Origin: Candidatus Dadabacteria bacterium
GTDB lineage: Bacteria > Desulfobacterota_D > UBA1144 > Nemesobacterales > CSP1-2
DNA: 11,817 nucleotides
Reading direction: 5' to 3'
NCBI GenBank assembly: GCA_040289575.1
Contig: PSLL01000016.1
Coordinates: 10,675-22,491, forward strand
Below are positions 1 to 8,200 of this stretch, piece after piece. The notes below the pieces were generated by a model, which saw only the letters and a list, made by a program, of their open reading frames with translations, was not told the DNA's origin and made no database searches. Numbering within the stretch: the first letter of the stretch is position 1; each line of letters starts with the position of its first letter. The position numbers were made by a program, and so were the translations under genes.

Positions 1-855
1 TAAAAGAGCACCCACCATTCCCATTATAAACATAATGGCCATAGGAAGTACTACCTCATCTACTATATCCCTGTTTACGATGTAAACCAGTATCACCACT
101 TTCAAGAACGCCGTTGATGAGGCAATTGCGGAGGAAAAGGCTAAAGAGTTTGTGATTGTCTCTTCCTCTTTACTCTCCCTTGAGGCATTTAAGACCAGAG
201 CCGTACTCGATATAATCCCACCCAGAAGCCCAATTAATGCCAATCCTTTTCTTGGCGGCAGAAGCTTCATAATTAGATAACCTGCAAATTCAATACCCGA
301 TACAATCACTACAATGAGCCATACTTCATAGGGATTGAAAAATCCAAAATAAACATTTTTGGGAAGGAATGGAAGAATCACAAGGGCGATTATCGCAAAT
401 TTAAGCGTAGCATAGAACTCTCCTTCGGTAATGCGACTCACAAATGAGTGGACAACCTCCTTAGTATGGAGGATGAGGGCTGTAAAGACTGCAAGCACAA
501 TTGCGACCAGACGATATTCAGTCATACAAAACGCCCCATAAAGAAAAGTAAGTATGGCTGTAACCTCCGTGGTTGCCCCCACATCCTCCCCGGTTCTTGT
601 CTTAATGTACGCCGTTATAACTAGCAAGACAAAGCCAAAGAATGAAGCCGCAAAGAACACCGCCCCAAAATGGTTTGCAAAATGAATGGAAACCGCGCCA
701 AGAAGAGATATAAGACCAAACGTCCTTATACCAGCAAATCTCTTTCTCTCCCTTTCCTCCGGTTGACCTCTAGTGATTCCTCTTTCAGCTCCTATGAGTA
801 CACCCAGAGCAAGGGCAATCAAGAGATGACCCAAAAGCCTCAGGTTTTCAGACAT
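1..855 (-). CDS. MgtC/SapB-family membrane protein with DUF4010-type C-terminal region (3' end beyond the window edge)
   Basis: Translated by hand; not in the ORF track, presumably because its stop lies outside the window. ATG at 855, open for 285 codons to base 1: MSENLRLLGHLLIALALGVLIGAERG...FAGIRTFGLISLLGA...DVGATTEVTAILTFLYGA...ILPFLP...FNPYEVWLIVVIVSGIEFAGY...GLLGGIISSTA. The IGxER, AGIRTF and GxTTE motifs are MgtC/SapB-like; NPxxxW and GGxxSSTA are typical of the DUF4010-containing subgroup. Confidence 0.88.
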   Translation of the reverse strand, partial: MSENLRLLGHLLIALALGVLIGAERGITRGQPEERERKRFAGIRTFGLISLLGAVSIHFANHFGAVFFAASFFGFVLLVITAYIKTRTGEDVGATTEVTAILTFLYGAFCMTEYRLVAIVLAVFTALILHTKEVVHSFVSRITEGEFYATLKFAIIALVILPFLPKNVYFGFFNPYEVWLIVVIVSGIEFAGYLIMKLLPPRKGLALIGLLGGIISSTALVLNASRESKEEETITNSLAFSSAIASSTAFLKVVILVYIVNRDIVDEVVLPMAIMFIMGMVGALL

Positions 856-861
856 ATCCTA

Positions 862-870
862 AGTATAACA
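862..870 (-). promoter_or_regulatory. Putative extended -10 promoter (TG-T-TATACT) for the MgtC-like gene
   Basis: Minus strand reads TGTTATACT-taggat-ATG: a TGn + TATACT element 6 nt before the start codon. No good -35 and no correctly spaced Shine-Dalgarno. Confidence 0.55.
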
Positions 871-964
871 AATCCGACGAATAGGCAGGATTTGGACACC
901 ACTAGCTTTACGGTATGGGGCATCCGATTTCGACGAATAGGAAAAATCATATAGCAGGAATCGG
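869..964. repeat. Two related inverted-repeat units sharing an 11-bp direct repeat
   Basis: CGACGAATAGG at 875-885 and 931-941. Inverted repeats CAAATCC (869-875)/GGATTTG (888-894) and CCGATT (924-929)/AATCGG (959-964). GCAGGA at 885-890 and 954-959. Confidence 0.6.
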
Positions 965-1014
965 TTTTAGAGAACGAAAAGCAGAAAGGAATAAGTAAGA
1001 AATGACAACGGATT

Positions 1015-2298
1015 TTAATTAGAGAATACTAATTTCCCGCCAACTATGGTGTAGAGAACACACCCCGAGAGTTTCCATCCATGAAACGGGGTGTTTTTTC
1101 CCTTTGAGCGGAATCTTTCTCTGTCAACCGTAATGATTTTATTTGGATCAAATACAACGACATCGGCAACGGCTCCTACTTTTAATGTTCCTCTGGTGCT
1201 TTTGATTATTTGAGCGGGAGTAGATGTAAGTTTCTTTATCATTTCAGGAAGGGTTAAGACACCGTCCTCGACCAACTTGAGTGCCAGAGCAAGAGCAGTT
1301 TCAAGCCCAGAGATCCCAAAGGGTGCTAGGTCAAACTCAACCTTCTTCTCATCCTCAGTATGAGGAGCATGGTCTGTCGCAATTACATCTATCGTGCCGT
1401 CCCGCAGTCCTTCCCTTATTGCTTCCATGTCCTCCTTGGCTCTTATAGGCGGGTTTACCTTAACATTTGTATCATATCCGAGAACAGATTTATCAGTGAG
1501 CGTAAAGTGGTGGGGCGTTACCTCTGCAGTTACGTTCACACCGCGCCCTTTTGCATCCCTTATAAGTCGAACTGCGCCCGAGGTCGAGACATGCGCTATG
1601 TGGAGATGCACCCCTGTAAGTTCTGCAAGGGTTATGTCGCGCGCAACAATTACCTCCTCAGAGGCATTAGGGATTCCGCGAAGCCCAAGCATGGATGAAG
1701 TAAGTCCCTCATTCATCACGCCGCCCGATGAGAGATTTATATCCTCGGCGTGGGATATAACGGGAATGCCAAAGGCCTTTGCGTATTCCATTGCGTACCG
1801 CATGACTCTTGAATTCATCACGGGTCTTCCATCATCCGAGATCGCTACACAGCCCGCTTCCCACATCTCTCCAATCTCGGCAAGCATCTCTCCTTTTTGC
1901 CCCTTTGTTATGGCTCCTACCGGAAACACATTCACTACTCCCTCTGTTCTAGCCTTAAGGAGTATGTACTCCGTAACAGATGCGTTGTCGTTTACCGGGT
2001 TAGTATTGGGCATGCACACAACAGATGTAAATCCCCCCCCCGCCGCCGCGGCGCATCCCGTGTGTATCGTCTCTTTATGCTCAAAACCGGGCTCCCTTAG
2101 ATGGACATGCATATCTATAAATCCCGGAGAGACGATCTTTCCAGAAGCAGAGATTGTTTGGACGTTTGGGTCTCTTTCTAATTCCTCTATATTTAATGGA
2201 TAACCCTTAATCTTTCCGTCCTCTATAAAGAGGTTCCGCACCTCATCCATTCCCTGAGAAGGGTCTATGACCCGTCCATCTTTTATCAGTATCTTCAT
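1015..2298 (-). CDS. pyrC: Dihydroorotase (long, type I / multifunctional-complex type)
   Basis: 427 aa. Metal-binding and catalytic motifs [45 protein letters not shown] and ATDHAPH are all intact; C-terminal [12 protein letters not shown] overlap with the pyrB stop, GGAGG Shine-Dalgarno upstream. Confidence 0.97.
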   Translation of the reverse strand: MKILIKDGRVIDPSQGMDEVRNLFIEDGKIKGYPLNIEELERDPNVQTISASGKIVSPGFIDMHVHLREPGFEHKETIHTGCAAAAGGGFTSVVCMPNTNPVNDNASVTEYILLKARTEGVVNVFPVGAITKGQKGEMLAEIGEMWEAGCVAISDDGRPVMNSRVMRYAMEYAKAFGIPVISHAEDINLSSGGVMNEGLTSSMLGLRGIPNASEEVIVARDITLAELTGVHLHIAHVSTSGAVRLIRDAKGRGVNVTAEVTPHHFTLTDKSVLGYDTNVKVNPPIRAKEDMEAIREGLRDGTIDVIATDHAPHTEDEKKVEFDLAPFGISGLETALALALKLVEDGVLTLPEMIKKLTSTPAQIIKSTRGTLKVGAVADVVVFDPNKIITVDRERFRSKGKNTPFHGWKLSGCVLYTIVGGKLVFSN

Positions 2299-3224
2299 AC
2301 ATTTCCTCCACCTGAAGCAACAAGGTAGAGCATCGCCATCCTGACCGCGATTCCGTTTGATACCTGATTAAGAATCACCGAATGAACATCGTCTGCTACC
2401 TCTGATGATAGTTCAACACCCCTATTTATAGGCCCGGGATGCATGACAACAACATCCTCTTTTGCTAGTCTTAGCCTCTCCCGCGTCAGTCCATAGAACC
2501 GAGAATATTCCCTTAGTGAAGGGAAAAGACCAGACTCCTGCCTTTCCTTCTGAATTCGGAGCATGATTACGACATCTACCCCTTCAATGGCACTGTCCAA
2601 TTTGTAGTAGACTTTTACACCTGTCTTCTCAATATCTCTGGGTATCATTGTGGGAGGCCCCACAATCCTGACCTCGGCTCCTAGTTTTATCAATCCCCAT
2701 ATATTAGACCTCGCGACACGGCTGTGTGAAATGTCCCCTACTATAACAACCTTGAGTCCGGCAATCTCTTTTTTGATCTCCCTTATTGTAAACAAATCAA
2801 GAAGCGCCTGACTCGGATGTTCATGAGAGCCGTCGCCGGCGTTTATGATTGAAGAGCGGAGCTCTCTTGCGAGAAGCCATGGAGCCCCGGACATAGAGTG
2901 TCTTATCACGATTACACTCGCCCCCATAGCCTCTAGGTTTCTTGCAGTATCGAGAAGCGTTTCACCCTTTACCACACTACTCTCAGAGGGTGTAAAATTT
3001 AAGACATCGGCACTGAGTCTCTTTTCAGCTATCTCAAATGACGCCCTGGTTCTCGTGCTCGGCTCAAAAAAGAGATTTATAACCGTAACACCCTTTAGAG
3101 CAGGTACCTTTTTTACATCCCTCTCGGATACCTCCTTCATTGACTCGGCGGTATCAAGGACGAATCTTATCTCTTCTGATGATAGCTCTTCAAGTCCAAG
3201 AATATGTTTTTGTCTAAAACCCAT
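2295..3224 (-). CDS. pyrB: Aspartate carbamoyltransferase catalytic subunit
   Basis: 309 aa. Carbamoyl-phosphate motif [12 protein letters not shown], plus [43 protein letters not shown] and [17 protein letters not shown] Shine-Dalgarno; lies between pyrR and pyrC. Confidence 0.97.
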   Translation of the reverse strand: MGFRQKHILGLEELSSEEIRFVLDTAESMKEVSERDVKKVPALKGVTVINLFFEPSTRTRASFEIAEKRLSADVLNFTPSESSVVKGETLLDTARNLEAMGASVIVIRHSMSGAPWLLARELRSSIINAGDGSHEHPSQALLDLFTIREIKKEIAGLKVVIVGDISHSRVARSNIWGLIKLGAEVRIVGPPTMIPRDIEKTGVKVYYKLDSAIEGVDVVIMLRIQKERQESGLFPSLREYSRFYGLTRERLRLAKEDVVVMHPGPINRGVELSSEVADDVHSVILNQVSNGIAVRMAMLYLVASGGGNV

Positions 3225-3255
3225 ATCTGACCTCTAATGGCATGCAACAGTCCCA

Positions 3256-3789
<534 letters not shown>

Positions 3790-3801
3790 TTAATAACTTA
3801 G

Positions 3802-3813
3802 GGTTCGCGAACC
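3802..3813. repeat. Perfect 12-bp palindrome GGTTCGCGAACC upstream of pyrR
   Basis: Read directly in the 52-nt gap (3784-3835), 18 nt upstream of the pyrR ATG. Function unknown. Confidence 0.6.
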
Positions 3814-3835
3814 GTCTCTACCATACATAACAAAT

Positions 3836-4183
3836 CTAATATACGCTCTTTAGCTCTCCGGTACACTCACAATGAAAGTCAAAGGTCTTTGTATATCTTC
3901 CGAAGAAATCAGCCGTATCGGTATAGTCTATTTTAATCACAACGGCTTTATCTGTCACCTCTACGCTTTGTGCCCTTCTATCTTTAGGTATTCCCATATC
4001 GTTTAGGGCTTCGTCAAGGCTTTTAAAGGTATAATCCTGTCCGTACTTGTGGTAGAGATCAGCGGCTTCGGTACACGCCCCCCTTATACCTATAATGCCC
4101 TTGTAGTATATAGGAACCACCTTAAATCCTACATAGAAAATTAGCGCCAAAACCAGGATCCAAAATATAGCCTTTAGACTCAT
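3836..4183 (-). CDS. Small single-pass membrane protein, DUF4845-like (pilin-like)
   Basis: 115 aa, AAGAGG Shine-Dalgarno. N-terminal hydrophobic helix ending in KVVPIY and a C-terminal beta-like stretch (VVIKIDY...FFG...TFDF). Size, pattern and position directly after lepB match the DUF4845 genes found after lepB in Proteobacteria. The family call is by pattern and synteny only. Confidence 0.65.
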   Translation of the reverse strand: MSLKAIFWILVLALIFYVGFKVVPIYYKGIIGIRGACTEAADLYHKYGQDYTFKSLDEALNDMGIPKDRRAQSVEVTDKAVVIKIDYTDTADFFGRYTKTFDFHCECTGELKSVY

Positions 4184-4198
4184 CCGACCATCCTCTTA

Positions 4199-5134
4199 TC
4201 AGTGGATTATTGTAAATATCCTGTTCCATCTGACTTTATCTAATATTCCATTGCTATCCCAGTCCCAAGACCAATGAATTATGAAAGCCCGTCCCGCTAT
4301 ATTTTCAACCGGCACATATCCCCAGAATCGGCTATCCTGGCTATTGTCGCGGTTGTCCCCCATAACAAAGACCCGCCCCTGCGGAACCCTTGCAACAGGA
4401 AGGTAGCTTCCTTTTTCTGTTGACTCCTTTCCATGCAGGTACATAACCAGATGCTTCCTACCAAACAGGTTCTCCTCGTATTCATCGTATTCCAATCCGC
4501 TTCTCTTATCCAAGAAATCACCTAAGTATTTAAGCGGTATCTCTTGTCCGTTTATGTACAGATTCCTACCCCTTACATCTATGCTGTCGCCGGGAATTCC
4601 TATTACCCGCTTTATGTAATCCACCCCTTTCTTCGAGGGATCGTTCTCATAGTCAGGATAAGTAAAGACTATAATGTCGCCGCGTTTTATGTTGTTCAAT
4701 GGCAGAATCCTCTTATCCGTAAATGGAATCTTAGTGCCATATATGAATTTACTTACAAGCAAGTGGTCTCCAATAAGGAGCGTAGGAATCATAGAGCCGG
4801 ACGGGATTTTAAAAGGCTGTACTATAAACGTTCTTATAAAGAGCGCAAGGGCTATGGCAATAATAAGAGATTCGATATTCTGTCTGAGTCCGGATTTTTT
4901 AAATTTAGATAGATGATCATCAAACAATCTTTGAAGCTCCTCTGTTCTCGCAGTCAGATTTCTCAAATCGCCGTCCCTTAACGCATCCTGAGTTTGGTTA
5001 AGCCTCTCCCTTATAATCTCCGCTACATTAGTCTTGATTTTCGAAGCATTATTCTCAAGGAGAGAGCGCGTTGTAGAGATTAATTTTTTCGCTTTATTTC
5101 TGGTTTGAGATTCATTTGATAAAATGGTTGGCAT
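4199..5134 (-). CDS. lepB: Signal peptidase I with ~85-aa N-terminal helical extension
   Basis: 311 aa. Single TM segment (LIIAIALALFI), box B IPSGSMIPTL (catalytic Ser114), GDHLLVSK, box C RGDIIVF, box D YIKRVIGIPGD (catalytic Lys), box E GDNRDNSQDSRFWG. Confidence 0.96.
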   Translation of the reverse strand: MPTILSNESQTRNKAKKLISTTRSLLENNASKIKTNVAEIIRERLNQTQDALRDGDLRNLTARTEELQRLFDDHLSKFKKSGLRQNIESLIIAIALALFIRTFIVQPFKIPSGSMIPTLLIGDHLLVSKFIYGTKIPFTDKRILPLNNIKRGDIIVFTYPDYENDPSKKGVDYIKRVIGIPGDSIDVRGRNLYINGQEIPLKYLGDFLDKRSGLEYDEYEENLFGRKHLVMYLHGKESTEKGSYLPVARVPQGRVFVMGDNRDNSQDSRFWGYVPVENIAGRAFIIHWSWDWDSNGILDKVRWNRIFTIIH

Positions 5135-5146
5135 CTTGAGGCTTTG

Positions 5147-5175
5147 ATTATATATGGGTAGAGGCTTTGTTTCAA
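5147..5175 (-). promoter_or_regulatory. Near-consensus sigma70 promoter for lepB
   Basis: Minus strand TTGAAA (5175-5170) - 17 nt - TATAAT (5152-5147), 12 nt before the lepB ATG. Confidence 0.75.
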
Positions 5176-5262
5176 TATGCTCTATGCGAACAAGGGGTTA
5201 TTAATCACACGGATTACGTAATGAGCTATGTACTAAATTGATGGATTATCTAAAATAACCGA

Positions 5263-7419
5263 TTATGCCTCCTCGGCTCCTAGAATCCTCTCTACAGAGA
5301 TAACCCCTTTTACCTTCTTTATTGATTTCATTACGCCCTCGAGTTGGCCAAGGTCCGAGACGGCTACCTCGAATGTTCCTACAGCTCTGTCATCATCGGT
5401 TGAATGGATCTCGGCCTTGGAAATATTTACATCGGACGACGCAATGGAGCGCGTAATGCTAGAGAGCATACCCGGACGGTCGGCGCATATAACCTCGATT
5501 CTTGCCGGTCTTGGACCCTTAAAGTCCTTGTCCCACTCAACATCAATTTTTCTTGCCGGATCAACATCGAGAAGCTGGGAGCAGTCCTGATTATGTATTG
5601 TTATTCCCCGACCCCTCGTTATATACCCTACAATACCCTCCCCCGGAAGAGGAGTACAGCAGTTTGCAAACCTTATCATAACGTCGTCGTAGCCCTTAAC
5701 GAGAACCCCGCTTTTAGTCGAGCGCGTAAGCGTCCGTATGATTCTCTCAAGCCTCGACTCCTTTCCCGGCAGGCTTTCTATCCTCTCCTTTGGAAGAACG
5801 CGCCTTAAAAGCTCCATCACAGAGACCTTTCCAAATCCGACGGCAAGGTAAAACTCATCTATATCCTTGAATCCGAGTTCTCCAAGCGCGCCTTTAAGCT
5901 CATCGGCCTTTAACATCTTTTGAAAGTCCAGCCTATGCTGTTTGAACTTTCTCTCACATATAGACCTTCCGACAGCTCTCGACTGCTCCCTTTCCTCGGT
6001 TCTCAGCCATGAGCGAATCTTTGTCTTAGCACGGGATGTAACCACGAATTTAAGCCAATCCCGACTGGGCTGTCTGTCGGTTGATGTGACAATCTCTACC
6101 GTGTCTCCGCTCCTCAGCACATAGTCAAGCGGAACCAGTTTTCCATTTACCCTTGCTCTTGTACACCGGTTTCCAATCTCTGTATGAATGGAATATGCAA
6201 AATCCACCGGTGTCGCTCCATTGGGAAGCTCTTTAAGGTCACCTTTTGGGGTAAACACATAAACCATACTTGGGATTAGCTCCCCCTTTACAGCCTCAAG
6301 AAACTCTGTCGGGTCTTTTATATCCTTCCATTCAAGAAGCTGTCTTAGGCCCGCATAGATTTTGTCACTCTCTGCGCTTTCAATCCTACCCTCTTTATAT
6401 TTCCAATGCGCCGCGATACCGTATTCAGCAATCTCGTGCATTCTCTGGGTTCTAATCTGTATCTCCATTCTCTCTCCAAACGGGCCTATAACCGTAGTAT
6501 GAAGAGACTGGTAGCCATTACCCTTTGGAAGAGCAATATAGTCCTTGAACCTCCCATGAACGGGCTTCCATGCCGAATGTACTGCGCCTAGGGCTTCATA
6601 GCATTCCCTAAGAGAGCCTGTGATAATTCTAAAGGCGATAACGTCGTGAACCTGATCGAATTCAAGATTCTGAGTCCGCATCTTGTTGTATATTCCATAT
6701 ATATGCTTGAACCTGCCCGTGATCTCGGCATTTATGCCAAACTCCATGAGTTTCTCACCGAGTATGGTCTTTACCTCCTCGACGTATTTCTCCCACTCCC
6801 TTTTCTTTTTTGATATGAGTTTTGAGAGGTTCTCATACTCCTCTGGATTTAGGAACCGAAAAGATAAATCCTCAAGTTCAGTCCTCATCCAGTAAATACC
6901 AAGTCTATGGGCAAGAGGCGCGTATATCTCAAATGTCTCCTTGGCTATTCTCTTGCGACGCTCCTCGGGAAGGTGTTCAAGGGTTCGCATGTTATGGAGT
7001 CTATCTGCGAGTTTAACGAGAACGACCCTGATATCTTTTGCCGTCGCGAGTATGAGTTTTCTGAAGTTCTCAGCCTGTTCCTCAATTTTTGATGTAAAAG
7101 GAAGCTGACTTATCTTTGTAACGCCGTCAACGAGAAACGCAACCTCTTTACCGAAAAGGGCCTCTATCTCCTCAAGCTTTGCAAGCGTATCCTCGATTGT
7201 GTCGTGAAGAAGTCCGGTCGCTACAGATGCCACGTCCAACTTTATATCCGCAAGGATCCCAGCCACCTCAAGTGGATGGCTGAGATAAGGCTCCCCTGAA
7301 ACCCGTTTTTGCCCCGTATGAACCTTTGCCGAATAGACATAAGCCTTCTTTATAACCTCAACATCAGCCTCAGGAAGGTATGAGTTTACTTTTTCAATTA
7401 TATCGTTTAGTCTTAACAT
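5263..7419 (-). CDS. rel: Long RSH bifunctional (p)ppGpp synthetase/hydrolase (Rel/SpoT)
   Basis: 718 aa. HD hydrolase intact (SGEPYLSHP, LLHDTIED, KLADRLHNMRT). Synthetase motifs GRFKH, RFKDYIA (RxKD type), NGYQSLHT, EIQIRT, AAHWKYK. TGS domain (VFTPKG...DFAYSIHT). Zinc-finger region ANCCTP...IHNQDC. C-terminal ACT domain (DRPGML). Confidence 0.96.
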   Translation of the reverse strand: MLRLNDIIEKVNSYLPEADVEVIKKAYVYSAKVHTGQKRVSGEPYLSHPLEVAGILADIKLDVASVATGLLHDTIEDTLAKLEEIEALFGKEVAFLVDGVTKISQLPFTSKIEEQAENFRKLILATAKDIRVVLVKLADRLHNMRTLEHLPEERRKRIAKETFEIYAPLAHRLGIYWMRTELEDLSFRFLNPEEYENLSKLISKKKREWEKYVEEVKTILGEKLMEFGINAEITGRFKHIYGIYNKMRTQNLEFDQVHDVIAFRIITGSLRECYEALGAVHSAWKPVHGRFKDYIALPKGNGYQSLHTTVIGPFGERMEIQIRTQRMHEIAEYGIAAHWKYKEGRIESAESDKIYAGLRQLLEWKDIKDPTEFLEAVKGELIPSMVYVFTPKGDLKELPNGATPVDFAYSIHTEIGNRCTRARVNGKLVPLDYVLRSGDTVEIVTSTDRQPSRDWLKFVVTSRAKTKIRSWLRTEEREQSRAVGRSICERKFKQHRLDFQKMLKADELKGALGELGFKDIDEFYLAVGFGKVSVMELLRRVLPKERIESLPGKESRLERIIRTLTRSTKSGVLVKGYDDVMIRFANCCTPLPGEGIVGYITRGRGITIHNQDCSQLLDVDPARKIDVEWDKDFKGPRPARIEVICADRPGMLSSITRSIASSDVNISKAEIHSTDDDRAVGTFEVAVSDLGQLEGVMKSIKKVKGVISVERILGAEEA

Positions 7420-7443
7420 GATCTCATTAAGAGCGGTTTAGAC

Positions 7444-8052
7444 CTACCTATCATTCCAAAAGCCATCCTTAAGCGATTCTATAATCCTTTCCCTTTTACA
7501 CCTCTCTGCACGTATCACAGAAGCCAGATTCTCTACAGCTTCATCTATAGAGTTGTTAATAATAATATAATCATATAAGCGTATCTCTTCTATCTCCTTT
7601 CGGGCATTTTCAAGCCTTTTTGTAATATCAGCCATTCCCTCTTTCCTTTCAACGAGCCTGTCTTTTAAAGCGCCGACCGATGACGGCGTGATAAAGATAT
7701 AGACCCCCGAACCATATCTATCTTTTATACTCCTTGCCCCCTGGACATCTATATCTAAAATAAGATCAACTCCCGAGGACTTAGCCCTTTCGAGTTCCTC
7801 AGTCGGCGTTCCATAAAGATTACCGTGAACAGTAGCCCATTCGACAAACCTGCCATTTTGAACCATATTCTCGAACTGCTCCTTTGAGATGAATCTGTAA
7901 TCCACCCCGTCTATCTCCCCTGGCCTCGGTCGCCTGGTCGTATATGAAACCGAAAATCGAAGATTATCAATTACTCGAGTTACACGCTTTGTAAGTGTTG
8001 TCTTTCCGCTTCCCGATGGACCCGATACTATGAATATTATTCCTTCTCGCAT
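7444..8052 (-). CDS. gmk: Guanylate kinase
   Basis: 202 aa. P-loop SGPSGSGKTT, signature SVSYTTRRPRPGEIDGVDYRF, EWATVHGNLYGT, LDIDVQGA, YDYIIIN. Confidence 0.97.
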   Translation of the reverse strand: MREGIIFIVSGPSGSGKTTLTKRVTRVIDNLRFSVSYTTRRPRPGEIDGVDYRFISKEQFENMVQNGRFVEWATVHGNLYGTPTEELERAKSSGVDLILDIDVQGARSIKDRYGSGVYIFITPSSVGALKDRLVERKEGMADITKRLENARKEIEEIRLYDYIIINNSIDEAVENLASVIRAERCKRERIIESLKDGFWNDR

Positions 8053-8200
8053 GACTTCAAAGGATGGTTCTGTATCTTTAATTAATACCAGTTTCTATAT
8101 TCTACAGGTATTGTAATTGAATTTAATACAAAAATCAGCATGCCACGGGGAGACAAAAATGAGAATTCGGGAGTAGAAAGCCAAAAACCTCTTTGAACCA

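Noticed and set aside
670..954. 94-aa plus-strand ORF
   Set aside because: Overlaps the start and promoter of the well-supported minus-strand MgtC-like gene and has no recognisable features.
869..964. Repeat pair as a mini-CRISPR or known riboswitch
   Set aside because: Only two 11-bp copies, no cas genes in the window and no riboswitch consensus recognised; kept only as an unexplained motif.
1394..2203. 269-aa plus-strand ORF antisense to pyrC (also 1360-1698 and 1897-2100)
   Set aside because: Lies wholly opposite a conserved gene, is Ser/Thr/Pro-rich with no recognisable motif, and is explained as an antisense shadow frame.
3801..3813. GGTTCG resembling a tRNA T-arm or att remnant
   Set aside because: No cloverleaf, acceptor stem or CCA end; the intergenic gap is only 52 nt.
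8053..8200. AT-rich manC-gmk gap with short inverted repeats (AATACC/GGTATT, GTATT/AATAC) and several -10-like hexamers
   Set aside because: Matches are short and expected by chance in AT-rich DNA; no single promoter, terminator or small ORF could be supported.
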